Of a stretch of 64,000 nucleotides of DNA, positions 29,387 to 38,552 are shown piece after piece. Location: positions 17,416-81,415 of the forward strand of contig CAVZAO010000011.1 in the NCBI GenBank assembly GCA_963773225.1. The letters run 5' to 3'. Position 1 is the stretch's first letter; every line of letters begins with the position of its first letter. The notes beneath the pieces were generated by a model that saw only the letters and a program-made list of their open reading frames with translations, made no database searches and was not told the DNA's origin. The translations under genes were made by a program, and so were the position numbers. The stretch is from an uncultured Pseudomonadota bacterium. GTDB lineage: Bacteria; Pseudomonadota; Alphaproteobacteria; Rhizobiales; Xanthobacteraceae.

Positions 29387-32300
29387 GAACTGCGGCGCGA
29401 GGATGCTACCCGGCGTCGGCAACGGATGAATATCGATGGGCGCCGGCAAGGCCGGTGCCCGTTGGCTGTGGGCCGGCGCGCGTTGATGCACAGCTGGCGC
29501 GGTCTTGCGCTCCGCGATCGGCGGCGTGTGGGACCTCGCCCGTGTCGACGCACTGGGCGTGCGAGGGGCCGTGGCAGGCTTCGCGGCCGGGACTGGCGCA
29601 GCGCGGGGCGCGGGCGTGCGGTCTAATTGCGCCGGCTCGACACCCCCACGCGGGGCCTCCATCGTAACATTGTCGGCACGCGGCGTCGCGCCCTTGTCGG
29701 GACCGGTCGCCACGGGTCCCGATGCGGACGACGGCGTGGACTGCGCCTTCGGCGGCGGCGGGGGCGCCGCCTGCTGCAGCGCCTTGAGGCGCTTGGCCTG
29801 GTTTTCAACCGAGCGCAGCGTGAGCCAGCCCGTCAGCGCGGAGACGTCGATGCTGCGGATGGGCGATGTCGCCGGCCCCTTCAACGCCATGAAGATGTCG
29901 GGGCGCCCTTGCTCCTTCGCACCCGATAGCACCAGCCGTGCGTCGAGCGTGCCGTCGGTGAGGTCGAGCGAAGTCGTCAGAGACAGGTCGGCGGCGGGGC
30001 TGCTCGCCGTGAAATCGTCGAGCCGCACCAAGCCGGCGTTGACGGCGAACTTGCCCGCCGCCCGCTTGACCGGCAGCGCGCCGCTTTCCAAAGCCCGGCG
30101 CACCACATCGGAAATCTTGCGGCCTTCGACCGGGAGCCCGTCGTCCACCGCGCGCGTCACCGCGGCGAAGGCCTGCGGGTCGAGCCCTGCGAATGCGCCG
30201 TCCTTGAGCGCCAGCTTGCCGCCGCCGTGCAGCGAGCCCATGAGCGCGGCCGGACTGAGCCCGCTGCCCTCGACGTCGCCCGAGACATCGAGGGTGCCGG
30301 TGACCGGCGGACGCGCCGCCGTCGACAACAGGTTGGCGCTTTCGACACCGGTGAGCGCGAGCTTGCTCTTGACGGCGACGCCGTCGTCGCCAGTCTTGAA
30401 CGCGAGCGAACCGCTGAAATTGCCGCCGTCGAGCACGCCGGCCATGTCGTCGAGCGCAAGCGCATTCTTGCCGGCGTGCAAGGTGGCGCTGAACTGGCGC
30501 AAGCTCATCTGCGGCGAGAGCCGCACGCGGCGGATCCTCACGTGCACCGCGCCGGCATAGTCGCCAAAGACGCCGGGGCCGAACGGGGCATCCGACCAGG
30601 TCCAGCCCGCGCCCTTCTGAGCATCCGCGGGCGGCAGGCCGGTCGCCGCCGCGATCAGGCCGGCCCCATCCACGCGGTCGACATCGAGCGTGCCTTGCAG
30701 ACGGTGCGGCGCATCGAGCGAGACGCCGAGCGTGCCGCGCACGCCGGTGTCGGCGACGGTGGCGTTGATGTCGTTGAGGGTGATCGTGTCGCCGGCGAGC
30801 GCGAGCCGCCCGGCGAACGTCGCCGGCAGGGCGCCCTCGCCGCCGCCGACACCCCGCAGGGGCGCCAGGTCGGCGCGAGACACGCGCGCGCGGATGGTCG
30901 CGGAGGGCTTGTCGGCGAAGGGATCGGCGGTGCCGCTCGCTTCGACGGCAAGGCCCTTCGCGTTCAGGCCGCCGTTGACGTGCAGGCGTTTACCCCACGA
31001 CCCATCCGCCTTTACGGTCAGGTCGCCCGGTCCGGCGCCGACCGCGACGTAACGGTCGAGGCCGAGCAGGCCGATGAGCGCCTTGCCGTCGCCGGCGGCG
31101 AGATTGCCGTTAAGGCGCAAGTCGCCGATGTGCCACGCTTTGGAGTCCACGCGGCCCTGCCCGTTGAGCGAGAGCTTGATCGTGCCGATCCTGCCGTCGA
31201 TGCCGAGCTTTGCCGTGCTCGCCGTGTCGCCAGCAAGGCTCAGTTGCGCGGTGAGCTTGGCCGGCGCCATCTCGGCGGCGCGCGCCTGCAGGACCTTGGC
31301 GGTTGACGGGAAAAAGCGCGCGAGCACGGTCGTCACCGGCGTCGGGTCGGGCGCGTTGAGGTCGACGTGCAGGCTGCCCTGCGGCGACGATCCCTTCAAA
31401 TCCAGATTGCCGCCCGCGGAGAACGAAGCGCCGCCGAGGTCGGCCACCGACAGCTTGTCGATGCGCCAGTGGTCGGCGTCGACATTGATGCGCGCGCTGA
31501 CATTGTGCCCCTCGATGCCGGAGATGGTGGCGCGGCCGATATCGGCGTTGATCGCCATCTCGCGCGGCCGCGCCAGGTCCGAGCCCTTGGCCAGCGCCTG
31601 GCCGAAGCCGAGCGCGACGTCGAGGTCGAGTTCGGGCGCGTTGAGGTCGGCGACCAGCTTGGACGGCTGCTTGCCGTCCGCGAACACATAGGCGAAGCGG
31701 CCCGTGATGGTCTTGCGCGCGAACTTGGCGCGCATGTGCTCGAAGGCGATTTTCTCACTTCCAAGCGTGAGATCGCCGCGCACCGACAGCGGCCGCAGGT
31801 CCTGCTTCTTCGGAGGCGCACGGCCTTCGAGCCAAGCCGACAGCGCATTGGGATCGTTCGATTCGATCTCGGCCGGGCCGGTGAAACTGACGGCGCCGTT
31901 GTCGGCGACTGCGAGTTGACCGCTAACCTTGGTTTGCGTATAGCCCGGAGCGCGAAACTCGAAGTCGTTCAAATTCCATCCTGAGCCGTCGGCGCTGATG
32001 TCGCCACGCACGTTCTGCACGCTGCCGCCGCCGAGCGTGACCTCGTCGATGCCGAGGCCGAACTGCATGGGGATGGGCGGCCGGAAGGCGTTGCCGGCGA
32101 ACGCCACGAGCTTGCGCAGCGCATCGCCCGGCGCCGTATGCCCGCCGCCGCCCAGCACGCCATCGAGATCGAGTTGCCGGCCCGACAGTTCCGCCTTGAA
32201 GCGCGACTTCTTGCCGAAGGTCAGGTTGGCGACGCCGGTGAGTTTGAGGCCGTGGTCATCGGAGCCGTAGTGGAAGTCGGCATCCTGCAAGAGCGCCGAG

Positions 32301-33163
32301 GCGGCGGTGGCCTTGAGCTTGCCGCTCACCTGCCAGGGCTCTTCCACCGTCTTGCCGTGTTGGCGGTCGAGGCCGACGAGACGCTGGACCTTCATGGTGC
32401 CGTCGAACTCGGGCGCGCCGGCGTGCAGCGCGACAGTGCCGTCGGCATCGATGGCGAGCGGGTGCTGCACCGGATTGATGGCGACGTGCACCTTGAGCTT
32501 ACCGTCGTTGGCGTAGCGGCCAGTGTTGACGCGGAAGGGAAACTGATTGCCGGCGACGGTGACGCCGCCCTCGCCCTTGAACGGGCCGGCGAGCGAGGCT
32601 GCCTGGCCGTTGAAGTAAAGATGGTCGAGGGTGACGGTGTTGCCGTTGCTGGCGTCGCTCAACACCACCTTGCCACCGTCGATGCCGAGCCGGTCGATCG
32701 TCAGCACATCGGGCTTGAAGCCGATCGCCAGCGCCGGCGCCTTGACGTGACCGGCCTTGTCGAGGCCGAGGTGCAGTTTCGGACCGCTCAGGTGCAGGTC
32801 GGTCGCCTGCCATTCGCCGCGCAAGAGCGGCGCCAGCGCGAACTCGACATTGAGCGCGTCGGCGTGGATACGGTCGTCGCCGCCGCCCTTCCCGATTTCG
32901 ATATTGCGCAACGTCAGCCGCGGCGACGGCAACAGGCGCGCGTCGATCGCGCCCTTCACTTGCACCTGAACGCCGAGCAGGTGGGTTGCTTCCGCCTCGA
33001 AAATCGAGCGGTAGCTGCCCCAGTTGATCAGCAACGGCCCCACCAGCGCCGCCACCAGCGCCAGGATGATCGCAATCGCTATTCCGAGCAGGGTCGTCTG
33101 CAACGCCAACTCCGGCGCCGGCCCCGGGCCGCCGGCGCGTGTTCGTGTCCCCGACACGGTCAC
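29372..33163 (-). CDS. AsmA-family large envelope protein with Pro/Ala-rich C-terminal tail
   Basis: 1263 aa, GTG start. N-terminal TM LLGIAIAIILALVAALVGPLLINW. Long beta-rich repetitive body. C-terminal AsmA_2-like segment. Confidence 0.82.
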   Translation of the reverse strand: MTVSGTRTRAGGPGPAPELALQTTLLGIAIAIILALVAALVGPLLINWGSYRSIFEAEATHLLGVQVQVKGAIDARLLPSPRLTLRNIEIGKGGGDDRIHADALNVEFALAPLLRGEWQATDLHLSGPKLHLGLDKAGHVKAPALAIGFKPDVLTIDRLGIDGGKVVLSDASNGNTVTLDHLYFNGQAASLAGPFKGEGGVTVAGNQFPFRVNTGRYANDGKLKVHVAINPVQHPLAIDADGTVALHAGAPEFDGTMKVQRLVGLDRQHGKTVEEPWQVSGKLKATAASALLQDADFHYGSDDHGLKLTGVANLTFGKKSRFKAELSGRQLDLDGVLGGGGHTAPGDALRKLVAFAGNAFRPPIPMQFGLGIDEVTLGGGSVQNVRGDISADGSGWNLNDFEFRAPGYTQTKVSGQLAVADNGAVSFTGPAEIESNDPNALSAWLEGRAPPKKQDLRPLSVRGDLTLGSEKIAFEHMRAKFARKTITGRFAYVFADGKQPSKLVADLNAPELDLDVALGFGQALAKGSDLARPREMAINADIGRATISGIEGHNVSARINVDADHWRIDKLSVADLGGASFSAGGNLDLKGSSPQGSLHVDLNAPDPTPVTTVLARFFPSTAKVLQARAAEMAPAKLTAQLSLAGDTASTAKLGIDGRIGTIKLSLNGQGRVDSKAWHIGDLRLNGNLAAGDGKALIGLLGLDRYVAVGAGPGDLTVKADGSWGKRLHVNGGLNAKGLAVEASGTADPFADKPSATIRARVSRADLAPLRGVGGGEGALPATFAGRLALAGDTITLNDINATVADTGVRGTLGVSLDAPHRLQGTLDVDRVDGAGLIAAATGLPPADAQKGAGWTWSDAPFGPGVFGDYAGAVHVRIRRVRLSPQMSLRQFSATLHAGKNALALDDMAGVLDGGNFSGSLAFKTGDDGVAVKSKLALTGVESANLLSTAARPPVTGTLDVSGDVEGSGLSPAALMGSLHGGGKLALKDGAFAGLDPQAFAAVTRAVDDGLPVEGRKISDVVRRALESGALPVKRAAGKFAVNAGLVRLDDFTASSPAADLSLTTSLDLTDGTLDARLVLSGAKEQGRPDIFMALKGPATSPIRSIDVSALTGWLTLRSVENQAKRLKALQQAAPPPPPKAQSTPSSASGPVATGPDKGATPRADNVTMEAPRGGVEPAQLDRTPAPRAAPVPAAKPATAPRTPSASTRARSHTPPIAERKTAPAVHQRAPAHSQRAPALPAPIDIHPLPTPGSILAPQFSLGR

Positions 33164-33437
33164 GGTCTCGCGGAACCGATGAACGGGTCTAGGGTTTTGT
33201 TTTTACGCGTTTCCCGACGGCGAACCCGTACCCACTTCGCCTGGAAACGCTCTAGGCTAATGTATGTACGCTATTTTTGCCGGCGTTTGTCGGCAAATGT
33301 ATGTCGCCTGCCATCGTCCACAAGGCAGCCGAAACGCCAAGAAAACGCCGAGAATATGAACGCCGCGCGACATTCCCGCGCCGCGCGGGGAGAACGCGCG
33401 AGACGCCCGTTTTCAAGCCCAGAGGACGGCGGCGCCG

Positions 33438-34880
33438 TCAGTTCAGCGCGACAATCTTACCCGGGTTGAGGATGTCCTGCGGGTCGAGCGCCCGCTTGAT
33501 CGCGGCCATCGCCGCGAGGGCAACAGGCCCGTGTTCGGCCTCGAGGTACTTCATCTTGCCCTCGCCCACCCCGTGCTCGCCGGTGCAGGTGCCGTCCATG
33601 GCGAGCGCCCGCTCGACCAGCCGCTCGGACAGCGCCTTGGCGCGCTTGACCTCGTCGGCGTCGTTCATATCCACAAGCAGGCTCAGGTGGAAATTGCCAT
33701 CGCCGACATGACCGACGATCGGCGCCATGATGCGGCTTGTGGCGATGTCGGCCTGGGTCTCGGTGACGCATTCGGCGAGCCGCGAAATCGGCACGCAGAC
33801 GTCGGTCGCGACCATGTGAGCGCCGGGCCGCAAGGCGAAATTCGAAAGCGCGGCGTGATGCCGCGCCTCCCACAGGCGGGTGCGCTCTTCCGGCTTGGTG
33901 GTCCAGGTGAACGGGCCGCCGCCGAGATCGGCTGCGATCTCGCCGAACTGCTTCGACTGCTCGGCGACCGAAGCCGCGGTGCCGTGGAACTCGAGGAACA
34001 GCATCGGCACTTCCGGCAGGCCGAGCTTGGCGTGCATGTTGCAAGCCCTCACCTGCAGGGCGTCGAGCAACTCGATGCGGGCGATCGGAATGCCGGACTG
34101 GATGGTGTGGATGGCGGCGTTGCAGCAGGCCTCGACCGAGGGGAACGGACAGGTGCCGCCGGAGATCGCCTCCGGGATGCCGGACAGCCGCAAGGTCAGC
34201 TGGGTGATGAGGCCGAGCGTGCCTTCGGAGCCGATCATCAGCCGGGTCAGGTCGTAGCCGGCCGAGCTCTTCTTGGCGCGGCGGCCGGTGTCGATCGCCT
34301 CGCCATTGGCGAGCACGACTTTGAGCGACAGCACGTTGTCCTTCATGGTGCCGTAGCGCACCGCGTTGGTGCCGGAGGCGCGCGTCGCCGCCATGCCGCC
34401 GAGGGTGGCGTCGGCGCCGGGATCGATCGGAAAGAACAGGCCGCTGTCGCGCAGTTGCTCGTTCAAAGTCTTGCGGGTGATGCCGGGCTGCACGACGCAA
34501 TCGAGATCCTCGGCGTGGACCTTCAAGAGCTTGTTCATGTCGCGGAAGTCGACGGAGACGCCGCCGAACGGCGCGTTCACATGGCCTTCGAGCGAGGTGC
34601 CGACGCCGAACGGGATGATCGGCACGTCGTTGGCCGCGCAGATGCCGACGATCCGCTGTACCTCCTCGGTACTCTGCGGGAAGACCACCGCGTCCGGCGG
34701 CTCGTTAGCGATCCAGGTCATGGTGTTGCCGTGCTGTTTGCGCACGGCCTGCGACGTGACCACCCGGTTGCCGAAGGCGGCGGTGAGCTCCGCAACCGCC
34801 TTTTTCAGGGCTGCCGGGCTCGGGCTTGTCCTCGGGGCGGCGTTTCCAGCGTCGTTTTTATCGATTTGGGCCAGGGCCAT
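33438..34880 (-). CDS. FAD-linked oxidase (D-lactate dehydrogenase / GlcD-like)
   Basis: 480 aa. FAD_binding_4 region (VVFPQSTEEVQRIVGICAANDVPIIPFGVGTSLEGH). C-terminal GTCTGEHGVGEGK. Confidence 0.9.
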   Translation of the reverse strand: MALAQIDKNDAGNAAPRTSPSPAALKKAVAELTAAFGNRVVTSQAVRKQHGNTMTWIANEPPDAVVFPQSTEEVQRIVGICAANDVPIIPFGVGTSLEGHVNAPFGGVSVDFRDMNKLLKVHAEDLDCVVQPGITRKTLNEQLRDSGLFFPIDPGADATLGGMAATRASGTNAVRYGTMKDNVLSLKVVLANGEAIDTGRRAKKSSAGYDLTRLMIGSEGTLGLITQLTLRLSGIPEAISGGTCPFPSVEACCNAAIHTIQSGIPIARIELLDALQVRACNMHAKLGLPEVPMLFLEFHGTAASVAEQSKQFGEIAADLGGGPFTWTTKPEERTRLWEARHHAALSNFALRPGAHMVATDVCVPISRLAECVTETQADIATSRIMAPIVGHVGDGNFHLSLLVDMNDADEVKRAKALSERLVERALAMDGTCTGEHGVGEGKMKYLEAEHGPVALAAMAAIKRALDPQDILNPGKIVALN

Positions 34881-34969
34881 ACGTCAATCCTCTGCCAGTC
34901 CGTTCAAGGCGGACGTTAGCAGAGGATGCCGTAGGCGGGAAACGGCTGCCTTTCGGCGCCGCGGACGCC

Positions 34970-35743
34970 CTAGTTCGTGGAGCGAGCCCGCTCCGCCGCC
35001 GCCCCGCTCGGGTTCGGACGGGTCAGGAACGGCAGCAGCATCGCCACCCGTTGCCGATAGCGCCGGTAGTCGTCGCCGAAAACGGCCATCAGGTCGCGCT
35101 CTTCAAGCGCAATTCCGACGAAAATGTAGGCCGTCGTCACCGCGGCGAAGAGCAGATGGCCGGCGGTCATGGTCGGCGCCGCCCAGAAGGCGATGATGAA
35201 ACCGAGATAGATCGGGTGGCGCACCAGCTTGTAGAGAAACGGCGTGCGGAAGCGCGGCGGCGGCATCGGCTTGCCGGTCAGGTTGTTGGTCACCTGGTGC
35301 AGACCGAACAACTCGAAGTGGTTGATGAGGAAGGTCGACAGCAGCACGATGCCCCAGCCGAGCGCGGCGATCGCCAGTATCACCTTAGCCGCGGCCGGAT
35401 CGGCGACCTGCCAGACGACCGCCGGGATCGGCCGCCACTGCCACATCAGCAGCATGAGCGCCAGCGTCGCGGCCAGCACGTAAGTGCTGCGCTCGACGGC
35501 GGGCGAGACGATCTTCGTTAACCGGCGCTTGAAGCCAGGTCGTGCCATGATGCTGTGCTGAAGCGCGAACACCGACATCAGCACCAGATCGATCACGATT
35601 GCGACGACAAGCGGCGCCGGCGCCCCGGTGTCGATGGTCTTCGGCACCGCCACGCCCGCGACGAAGCCGACGGCGTAGAGAAAGGCGATGAAGAACAGGA
35701 GATAGGCGGCGATACCGTAGAGAAATCCCAACAGGCGTCCCAT
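34970..35743 (-). CDS. ICMT/PEMT-superfamily membrane methyltransferase, MddA-like (methanethiol S-methyltransferase family)
   Basis: Start trimmed to MGRLLGFLYGIAAYLLFFIAFLYAVGFVAGVAVPKTIDTG. Also LINHFELFGLHQV and LVRHPIYLGFIIAFWAAP. Family assignment is from memory of MddA-type N-termini. Confidence 0.7.
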   Translation of the reverse strand: MGRLLGFLYGIAAYLLFFIAFLYAVGFVAGVAVPKTIDTGAPAPLVVAIVIDLVLMSVFALQHSIMARPGFKRRLTKIVSPAVERSTYVLAATLALMLLMWQWRPIPAVVWQVADPAAAKVILAIAALGWGIVLLSTFLINHFELFGLHQVTNNLTGKPMPPPRFRTPFLYKLVRHPIYLGFIIAFWAAPTMTAGHLLFAAVTTAYIFVGIALEERDLMAVFGDDYRRYRQRVAMLLPFLTRPNPSGAAAERARSTN

Positions 35744-35769
35744 GATCGTCTCCTTGCCGTTATCGGTTG

Positions 35770-36009
35770 TCAGCGGGTGGCGAGGGATGCGACGACCGCG
35801 TGGACGGGGGTCAATGTGAGGCGCGGTGCCGTAACGACGATGGCCATCAGCACGACGGCAGCGGCGGCGAGCACCCAGCATGTCGCCGGGCCGCCCGTCA
35901 TCGCTGCGCCATAGCTATCGCGCCGCGACGTCAAGGCGCGGTCGATATAGTAGTCCGTGTCGATGCTGCCGTTGCTGCGGCGCCGGATGGTGGCGATCGG
36001 GTCTTGCAT
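35770..36009 (-). CDS. Small membrane-anchored hypothetical protein (79 aa)
   Basis: Strong SD AGGAGG 6 nt upstream of the ATG. MQDPIATIRRRSNGSIDTDYYIDRA motif plus one TM. 26 nt upstream of the MddA-like gene. Confidence 0.5.
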   Translation of the reverse strand: MQDPIATIRRRSNGSIDTDYYIDRALTSRRDSYGAAMTGGPATCWVLAAAAVVLMAIVVTAPRLTLTPVHAVVASLATR

Positions 36010-36146
36010 GGCGTCCTCCTTGCGATCGATGACCTGGCACGGAGGATGGCGGGTTCGGGCGCAAAAGACTTGCGCGCGATCTTGATATAGTCTTGAGACG
36101 GCGTTGATCTTGCTTGAGATAGGCGCCGGCATCCCGTTTTCGGCCG

Positions 36147-37337
36147 TTGGGGGCGCGTTTGCGGTACGAATTCGAGACTTACGTCCTGGATACCGATCGC
36201 CGCGAGCTCAAGCGCGCGGGCGATCTGGTCGACATCGAGCCGCAGGTTTTCGATCTTCTCGTTTTTCTCATCGAAAACCGCGACCGCGTGGTCAGCAAGG
36301 ACGACCTGATCGCCGGCGTCTGGCAGGGCCGCATCGTGTCGGACTCGACGCTCGCCAGCCGCATCAACGCGGCCCGCCGCGCCATCGGCGACAGCGGCGA
36401 GCGGCAAGCCTGGATCAAGACAATACACCGCAAGGGCGTCCGCTTTATCGGGACGCTCCAAACCGGCGCGGCCCCGGAGATGCCGCCGCGCGTGGCGCCG
36501 CCGCTGCGCCAGGACATCAGTTTCTGCGCCGCCGTCGACGGCACCCGCCTCGCCTACGCACAAACCGGCAGCGGGCCGCCGCTGGTCAGGACGGGCACCT
36601 GGCTCACGCATCTCGAATACGACTGGCAGAGCCCGGTCTGGAGCCCCTTCCTGCATGCGATCAGCCAGCACCATCGTTTCGTCCGCTACGATGCGCGCGG
36701 CAATGGCCTGTCGGACTGGGAGGTCGACGACATCTCCTTCGAGAGCTTCGTGCGCGATCTGGAAAGCGTGGTGGACGCCGTCGGCCTGGAACGCTTCCCC
36801 CTGCTCGGCCTCTCACAAGGAAGCGCGGTCGCCGTCACCTACGCCGTGCGGCATCCCGAGCGCGTCAGCCACCTCATTCTCTACGGCGGCTATGTGCGTG
36901 GGCGCCGACGGCGCGGCCCGGAAGATCTGGCGCAGTCGGACGCCATGCTCACGCTCATGCGCCACGGATGGGGCCAGGAAAATCCAGCGTTCCGCCAGAT
37001 ATTCACGTCAATGTTCATTCCCGACGGCACAGCCGAGCAGATCGACTGGTTCAACGACCTTCAGAAGATCACCACGTCACCCGAGAATGCCGTCCGCCTG
37101 CGCGCTGTCATGGACGACATCGATATTGCCGATCTGCTGCCTCGGGTCGACGTCCCGACTTTGGTGATGCACCGGCGGGCCGACGCGATGGTCCCGTTCG
37201 AACAGGGCCGCCAGCTGGCCGCCAGCATCAAAGGGGCGCATTTCGTCGCGCTGGAGGGCCGCAGCCACGTGATCATCGAGAACGATCCCGGCTGGCAACG
37301 CTTCCACGACGAAATCGAAAGCTTCCTGCTGCGCTGA
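36147..37337 (+). CDS. Fusion protein: OmpR/PhoB-type winged-helix DNA-binding domain plus alpha/beta-hydrolase domain
   Basis: N-terminus YEFETYVLDTDRRELKRAGDLVDIEPQVFDLLVFLIENRDRVVSKDDLIAGVWQGRIVSDSTLASRI. C-terminus has GLSQGS (GxSxG), RRADAMVPF and GRSHVIIE. TTG start assumed. Confidence 0.85.
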   Translation: MGARLRYEFETYVLDTDRRELKRAGDLVDIEPQVFDLLVFLIENRDRVVSKDDLIAGVWQGRIVSDSTLASRINAARRAIGDSGERQAWIKTIHRKGVRFIGTLQTGAAPEMPPRVAPPLRQDISFCAAVDGTRLAYAQTGSGPPLVRTGTWLTHLEYDWQSPVWSPFLHAISQHHRFVRYDARGNGLSDWEVDDISFESFVRDLESVVDAVGLERFPLLGLSQGSAVAVTYAVRHPERVSHLILYGGYVRGRRRRGPEDLAQSDAMLTLMRHGWGQENPAFRQIFTSMFIPDGTAEQIDWFNDLQKITTSPENAVRLRAVMDDIDIADLLPRVDVPTLVMHRRADAMVPFEQGRQLAASIKGAHFVALEGRSHVIIENDPGWQRFHDEIESFLLR

Positions 37338-37366
37338 CGGAGGCAGGAGGTGCGGCGGCGAGGCCC

Positions 37367-37504
37367 TCAGACCGAGAGGTAGCCGAGTATCGTATCGGGC
37401 GGCAGCTTGGGAGCGGGCGGCCGATTGGTGCCCGTGACAATGTAGACCACGATCAACGTGGCCAAAATGAATATCACCGTGCCGCGCACGAGCTTGCCGA
37501 CCAT
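37367..37504 (-). CDS. 45-aa single-TM hypothetical peptide
   Basis: SD AAGGGAGG upstream. MVGKLVRGTVIFILATLIVVYIVTGTNRPPAPKLPPDTILGYLSV. Too short for the ORF track on its own. Confidence 0.35.
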   Translation of the reverse strand: MVGKLVRGTVIFILATLIVVYIVTGTNRPPAPKLPPDTILGYLSV

Positions 37505-37566
37505 CGGCAGCCTCCCTTGATTCCGCGGGCACGTTAACCCAGGCGGAGGGCGGGTGCCGCAAATCG

Positions 37567-37582
37567 TTAATTTTTGGTTAAC
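37567..37582. promoter_or_regulatory. CtrA-type box TTAA-N7-TTAAC
   Basis: TTAATTTTTGGTTAAC read directly. It overlaps the nirV stop codon and lies 63-78 nt upstream of the 45-aa ORF. A further GTTAAC is at 37533-37538. Confidence 0.3.
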
Positions 37583-38459
37583 GCCGAAGCTGCAGCAGAA
37601 GAAGCAGCACCCGCGGGGACCACCGGCTACCGGCGTCCCGGACCAGGCGGAGGCCGAGATTGCCCGGCGGCGGGCCCACCGAGCAGCCGCCAGCGCGGGC
37701 ATCGCGGATGAAGTCGCTGATATAGGTCCGGTGTGGGCCTTCGACGACGCAGACCCCGCAATTGCGCGTTTCGGTGCCGGTCGGCCGCCCGGCGCCGTCC
37801 ACGACGGTGCGGCTGAAGCAGGTCGTGGTCCACTCCCAGACATTGCCGGACACATCGAGCAGGCCCTACTCGTTGCGGCCGAAGCGGCCGATGGGCTGCG
37901 CTTCCTTGATGGCCGGGTCGCTCCGCGATTCGCGGCGATAGCGCTCGAGCCAGGCCTTGGACGGATCGTCGGGATCCTGCTCGACCGGCGTTTCGTCGGG
38001 CGCCTTATTGCCGGCCGCGTAGGTCCACTCCTCGTCGGTCGGCAGCCGGTAGCGCGCGCCGAGCTTGCGGCTGAGCCAGGCCGCATAGGCGGTGGCGTCG
38101 TCCCAACTCGCCATTACCGCCGGCAAGTCCGGGCCATTCGGAGCGTCGGTGCGTGCGGCGCAGGCGCCGTCGGCGACGCAACGCGCATATTCCGCGACCG
38201 TCACCTCATGCTTCATGATCGCGATCGGATGGCTGAACCGGACGACGCGTGCCGCCGCGTTCACCGGTTGGCCGGCGCGGGTGACTTCCTCTCGGCGGCC
38301 CGTTGCGCACGGCGCCGGGCGCGATCTGCACCATGGCCGGCCGCTCGATCGCCGCATCGGGGCGCAAGGCGCCCGCGTCAGTCAAAAAAATATCGCCCCC
38401 GAGTTCGCGACACAGGTCGCAACCACGGCGGCGATCTTCAGTTTAACGCCGATCAACAT
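37578..38459 (-). pseudogene. nirV: nirV-like formylglycine-generating-enzyme (FGE/SUMF1) family gene, disrupted
   Basis: In-frame TAG at 37866-37868 inside the motif GRNE*GLLDVSGNVWEW. N-terminal MLIGVKLKIAAVVATCVANSGAIFF stops at TGA within a T7 run. ERPAMVQIAPGAVRN is in another frame, then the frame returns for EEVTRAGQPVNAA...MKHEVT. Confidence 0.62.
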
Positions 38460-38552
38460 GATCGGCCTCTGCGGGGACGGCGGCACAGGCAGCCGCCCCT
38501 CTCCTTCTTAAGCGCCGCCGCGGCGGGAAAGCCGCCGCGGCCGAGCCTCCGG

